In this document: positions 25,975 to 29,778 of the stretch, one piece after another
How the letters are laid out: each line of letters opens with the position of its first letter
Position numbering within the stretch: the first letter of the stretch is position 1
Program-made: the position numbers and the translations under genes
Notes under the pieces: generated by a model
Told to the model about the DNA's origin: nothing
Seen by the model: the letters and a program-made list of their open reading frames with translations, nothing else
The model's database searches: none
Assembly: GCA_038888155.1 (NCBI GenBank)
Contig: JAWAJB010000008.1
Span: 1 to 29,778, forward strand
Source: Desulfurococcaceae archaeon
Lineage (GTDB): Archaea; Thermoproteota; Thermoprotei_A; Sulfolobales; Desulfurococcaceae
Reading direction: 5' to 3'
DNA: 29,778 bases

Positions 25975-27662
25975 GTGGTTTAGCATTAAAGCTGGGTCGC
26001 GTAGCGTTGGGTATCAGCGCGATCTTCGCGTGGACGTACGCTATCTCACTGGTGTTGCCGAGCTGCCCGACACAAGAGGGAGGGATAATCGCTCGCCTCG
26101 TTACGATCCCTCTCGGCAGCGCAGGGGTTATCGCATGGGGACTCCTCCTTACTGTTGCAGCTTGGAGAATTGAAAATTCGCGCATATGGTTTATTCTAGC
26201 TGCTGCGGCAGCCGTTTTTTCGTCGTTACTCATAGGGGAACCAACGTTGTTGGCAATACTTTCCGCGCTGCTCCTGGTGCTTTCTTACATAGAAAGCAGT
26301 AGAGCTTGCGCCGAGACTTTGGCGCTCGGCGTAATGGTCGTGGAGGCTTTGACGTTGATTTACCTACTAGTGAGAGCCTACGGAGTTAAGCTCCCTGTTC
26401 CTGCCGCTTTCCCTCTCCACTTATCTCTTTATTGTATTTTTACACCCTTAGCACCGCTCGTAGCGCTAGCTCCCTCCCTCTCCCCTCTCGTTTCCTTCAT
26501 GTACCGTAAACGCGTCGAGGTTGAAGGCGGCATCAAGGGGAAGTGGGCTCTAGCCTTCGGCTTGATAATATCCTGCCTTCTATGGATAGTGCTTTACGCA
26601 TCAGAAGTTAACAGGGCGGCTAAGCTAATCGGTGTAGACTCTAACACGAGGTACTATCCACACGCGCTTCAGCTACTCGCTGAAGGCTTCCCCAGCATAC
26701 TAAGGGTCGGCTACGATCGCCCCCTCTACTATTTTCTCCTATATTGGTTAGCGAGAAGTCTAGGTCCACACTATGCCGTGAGGATTCTGCCGCTAGCGGC
26801 TCTAGTTCTCTACACCGTTGCATCCTACCTTACTGCAAAGGAATTGATGGGGGAAAGAACAGCCGGTTTAGCGTCCTTAACTGCGCCTTTAACCTACACA
26901 GTGACAGCCGGCCTTTACGGTGGGTTATACGCCAACTGGACAGCCCTTTCAGCGGCGCTTCTAGCGGTAACATCGGCTGCGCGATGGTTAAAGCAGGGAA
27001 AGTGGGTGTGGCTAGTAACATACCTGGGCCTTCTAATAGTCACAGCAGTCACCCACGTCTACATGGGGGCGGTCTTTTTTACATCCACATTCGTTTCGAT
27101 GACTTTATGTTCGCTCCCCAAAGAATGCAGGAGAAGGGCTTTAGTCGCGTTAGTTGCTCAGCTCACTCTAGCCGCGCTAGGCTTCTACGCAGCCGATAGC
27201 TTCGCTCACGCTTTAAACTTCCGTCCCCCCTCGCACGTAGTTTCGTCTCTGATGCGTTCATGGCTTAATAGAGTGCAAAAGCTTCAGCTGTTTTCGCCCG
27301 CATGGTGGAGGGACTACGGATACGCGATCTATAACTACGCAGCAACAGCCGCGCTAGACCCAACGATCTGGATGTTCACATTCGCCGGAATTTTGGTTGT
27401 TGGGTCTCACAAGTTGAGCGGTTTCCTACTTATACCTTGGCTAATTATTGTCTATATTCTCTCCTTCACTGCTCCCTTTGAACTCATGTGGAGAGCTCTC
27501 TACAATTTTCCATTCTCGATCAGCGAAGCTATCGGAATAGCGACCCTCCTCACGATCATAAAATCGAAGGTTGGTAGAGAAACAACACTGCTATGGCTCA
27601 CGGCCATCCTTCTCTTCAAGTTAAATTACACGCTAGCTTTTGCTATCGGGTTAGCATCGTAA
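25950..27662 (+). CDS. Polytopic membrane protein, possible GT-C-fold glycosyltransferase
   Basis: More than 12 hydrophobic helices. External-loop-like GVDSNTRYY...DRPLYYFLLYWL and later THVY motifs resemble PMT/ArnT-type GT-C proteins. Confidence 0.6.
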   Translation: MEQLHSILSGLALKLGRVALGISAIFAWTYAISLVLPSCPTQEGGIIARLVTIPLGSAGVIAWGLLLTVAAWRIENSRIWFILAAAAAVFSSLLIGEPTLLAILSALLLVLSYIESSRACAETLALGVMVVEALTLIYLLVRAYGVKLPVPAAFPLHLSLYCIFTPLAPLVALAPSLSPLVSFMYRKRVEVEGGIKGKWALAFGLIISCLLWIVLYASEVNRAAKLIGVDSNTRYYPHALQLLAEGFPSILRVGYDRPLYYFLLYWLARSLGPHYAVRILPLAALVLYTVASYLTAKELMGERTAGLASLTAPLTYTVTAGLYGGLYANWTALSAALLAVTSAARWLKQGKWVWLVTYLGLLIVTAVTHVYMGAVFFTSTFVSMTLCSLPKECRRRALVALVAQLTLAALGFYAADSFAHALNFRPPSHVVSSLMRSWLNRVQKLQLFSPAWWRDYGYAIYNYAATAALDPTIWMFTFAGILVVGSHKLSGFLLIPWLIIVYILSFTAPFELMWRALYNFPFSISEAIGIATLLTIIKSKVGRETTLLWLTAILLFKLNYTLAFAIGLAS

Positions 27663-27886
27663 ACGTATGAATCGCTGAACAGAGCCCTCCCTCATGATTT
27701 TGCTTGTCGATAATCTTCCAAGGCTTTTCTCCGCTCTACACAGATATAAGTGGAAAGCAAATCTGTTGAAATAGAAGTTAATTACCTTTTTATTTATGTT
27801 TAGAATTCAACTAAAGAAGAAGTTTTTTTATAATCCTTAGCTGGTACCGATACACATGTGAGAGCCCTAAATATTTTAAAACTTTA

Positions 27887-28321
27887 ATGAGTGGAGGCTT
27901 TGTGCGAGCTGTACTACTCATGCTCTTTACGCTGTTATTGTCGGTCTGTCTTCAACCGACCCTCTGCGAGGACCGTTTTTTTGAGTGTGTGAAACTGCTG
28001 GAGAAACTAAGCGAAGAGGGGGTAGATGTTTCGATGCAGGTTCAGACCCTTAACGTCGCCCTAGAAATGTACAGGGCGAATAAATCGGTAGAGGCTGAAG
28101 CAATTATCGAGCGCCTCCTCCGTGAGCTTAGAGAAGCAGAGCAGCAGCTCCCCAGGTACCGCTTACAGAAGTGGTTGCAAGTTGGTGTGAGAGTAGTTGC
28201 ACTGCTTGCTATCCCTCCACTGTTTTACTACTTCTTCCCCCGTCTATACGCGCTGGCTTGGGCTTACTCCAGAAGGGGATGGGTTTTGAAAGAGGTGGTG
28301 AAGCGTGATACTAAACGATGA
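27887..28321 (+). CDS. Hypothetical membrane protein
   Basis: Signal-like N-terminus, helical middle and C-terminal TM helix. Overlaps the next gene. Confidence 0.7.
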   Translation: MSGGFVRAVLLMLFTLLLSVCLQPTLCEDRFFECVKLLEKLSEEGVDVSMQVQTLNVALEMYRANKSVEAEAIIERLLRELREAEQQLPRYRLQKWLQVGVRVVALLAIPPLFYYFFPRLYALAWAYSRRGWVLKEVVKRDTKR

Positions 28322-28790
28322 AGTTATGGCGGTCCTAACTGCGATCGTGACAGTAGCCTGCGTGCTAGCGGCGGCCCTGTCCATACCTAGGAGTGGGGAG
28401 CCGTTTCTCGCACTTGGATTGCTGGGTGAAAAAGGGAAGATAGGTGACTACCCCACAAGGGTTCTAACGGGCGAGCCGGTAAGGCTTAACATATTCGTAA
28501 TGAACCACCTCGGTCGAGCAGCCGCGCTGAAGGTAATCGCGAAGCTCGGCTCGCGCGGCAACATCCCCACCAACTCCACTCCCCTGAACGCTACACCCAT
28601 CTGGGAGTACACGATCGTCCTGAACCACGGCCAGAATGTGACGATACCAGTCCAGCTGACGATCGAGAGGGAGGGAGTTAACCTCGCACTGGTATTCGAG
28701 CTCTGGGCTCTCAACACGACTAGCGGAACATGGGTTTACACGGGCAGGTGGAACCACCTTTACATCAACGTGACGAAGGGGGTCCCTTAA
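28305..28790 (+). CDS. DUF1616-like protein (external Ig-like part)
   Basis: EPFLALGLLGEKGKIGDYP...IFVMNHLG...LVFELW...HLYINVT matches my recollection of the DUF1616 C-terminal region. Confidence 0.7.
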   Translation: MILNDEVMAVLTAIVTVACVLAAALSIPRSGEPFLALGLLGEKGKIGDYPTRVLTGEPVRLNIFVMNHLGRAAALKVIAKLGSRGNIPTNSTPLNATPIWEYTIVLNHGQNVTIPVQLTIEREGVNLALVFELWALNTTSGTWVYTGRWNHLYINVTKGVP

Positions 28791-29338
28791 TGAAACTCTG
28801 GGAGCTGGTTGTAAAGCGCGCAGAGGAAAAGGGCCTACTGGGAGCCTGCTTGGAGCTTTACAGGCAGTGGGTGGAGGGTGAGATAGAGGTTGAGGATCCT
28901 TCACCGCCCTCCTCCCTCTTTAGCTATTTCTTGAGACTCGACTACAGCCTTTGGCTCTGGCTCCTCCTCACCCTATCCGCCCTGACCATCGCTGTCGTAA
29001 CGGTTACGGAGGCCGGACTCGCAGTACTGCTACCCGCCCGCTACGTCCTGGGGACAATCGCCGTGCTATTCCTCCCGGGCTACGCGCTCGTCGAGGCGCT
29101 CTACCCCAGAGGCGACGAGCTCTCGCCGCTTGAGCGCTTAGCCCTCTCGATAGGCCTCTCCCTAGCGGTTGTACCCCTCGTTGGCTTAGTTCTCAACTAC
29201 ACGCCTTTCGGGATTCGCCTCTACCCTGTGCTCGCATCGCTTACGTTTCTAACAGATGCAATCGCTTTTATAGGGGCTTACCGGAAGTACCGTTACGTAA
29301 GCCTGCTTGCAAGGGGTGCGAGAGTTGGAGCGCGCTAG
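28790..29338 (+). CDS. DUF1616-like protein (membrane part)
   Basis: Start ATG 28790 in a TAATG overlap. LFLPGYALVEALYP...LERLALSIGLSLAVVPLVGLVLNYTPFGI. Confidence 0.8.
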   Translation: MKLWELVVKRAEEKGLLGACLELYRQWVEGEIEVEDPSPPSSLFSYFLRLDYSLWLWLLLTLSALTIAVVTVTEAGLAVLLPARYVLGTIAVLFLPGYALVEALYPRGDELSPLERLALSIGLSLAVVPLVGLVLNYTPFGIRLYPVLASLTFLTDAIAFIGAYRKYRYVSLLARGARVGAR

Positions 29339-29778
29339 CGAGATCATTGCCGCCACGCTGGCTGCCTGCGGGGCAGCCTTGGCTGCCTACTCGTACTGGG
29401 TGTTAGGGAGCGTACCACTCGTAGCGCTGGGCATCGGAGCACTGATTGTTGCCGCTTCGATAGCGGCGACCTACAAGGAGGCTCCGTACAGCGAAGCCGC
29501 GCGCGCCCTCCTTGAGGCCTACGCCGTGAACGTAGCGAGGGTGCTGGAGGAGTTCGGGGCGTCGCTCAAAGCCACGTACATCAAGGGCGGCTTGGTCCTC
29601 GTCCCCCTCACCAACCCCTCCCCAGACATCAACGGGGCCCGCTTAGAGCACCTCATCTCCGGATCTCGGGGCAGGTACGGGCTTGTGCTGAAAGCTCCGA
29701 GGCTGGAAGTGGAGCCGGGTGACCCTGAAGCAGCTTTAACTCGAGTTCTCGTGGACACTCTGGGCCTCTGCGACAACG
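29325..29778 (+). CDS. Hypothetical membrane protein, 3' end runs off the window (not in the ORF track)
   Basis: Hand-translated from TTG 29325: MERASEIIAATLAACGAALAAYSYWVLGSVPLVALGIGALIVAASIAA...NVARVLEEFG..., open to the window end, with two N-terminal TM helices. Confidence 0.75.
   Translation, partial: MERASEIIAATLAACGAALAAYSYWVLGSVPLVALGIGALIVAASIAATYKEAPYSEAARALLEAYAVNVARVLEEFGASLKATYIKGGLVLVPLTNPSPDINGARLEHLISGSRGRYGLVLKAPRLEVEPGDPEAALTRVLVDTLGLCDN

Noticed and set aside
2193-29776. Short ORFs overlapping larger genes (e.g. 5782-6264, 16145-16447, 21328-21828, 25922-26233, 26744-27199, 28464-28904, 29519-29776)
   Set aside because: They lie antisense or out of frame within well-supported genes and show no motifs, so they are treated as shadow ORFs.

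Overview
Gene-dense archaeal DNA. BRE/TATA-like boxes lie about 25 nt upstream of many starts, with GGTGA/GGAGG ribosome-binding sites and class III signal peptides. A Thermoproteota/Thermofilum-like origin is my impression only. Three blocks are visible. (1) 1-11086: a type IV pilus/T2SS-like locus with a VirB11/PilB-type ATPase, a TadC/PilC-type platform protein, about 7 pilin-like genes and a 982-aa secreted amphipathic protein. (2) 11091-20135: a complete eukaryote-like ubiquitin conjugation set: E1, a small RING-variant E3 candidate, a JAMM/Rpn11-like protease, a UBC-fold E2 and a ubiquitin-like protein ending in GG. These genes are interleaved with single-pass membrane proteins and helical proteins, several of which share a Gly-turn helical hairpin resembling the ESCRT-I steadiness box, CdvA or SHOCT motifs. 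The E1 gene is followed 4 nt later by a pilin-like gene on the same strand. (3) 20153-29778: a surface-layer-like Ig-domain cluster, a GT-C-like membrane protein and DUF1616-like genes. The main candidate for an undescribed system is a ubiquitin-coupled pilus/membrane-remodelling locus. No RNA genes, CRISPR arrays or mobile elements were seen. All family assignments come from reading motifs by eye, with no database search.
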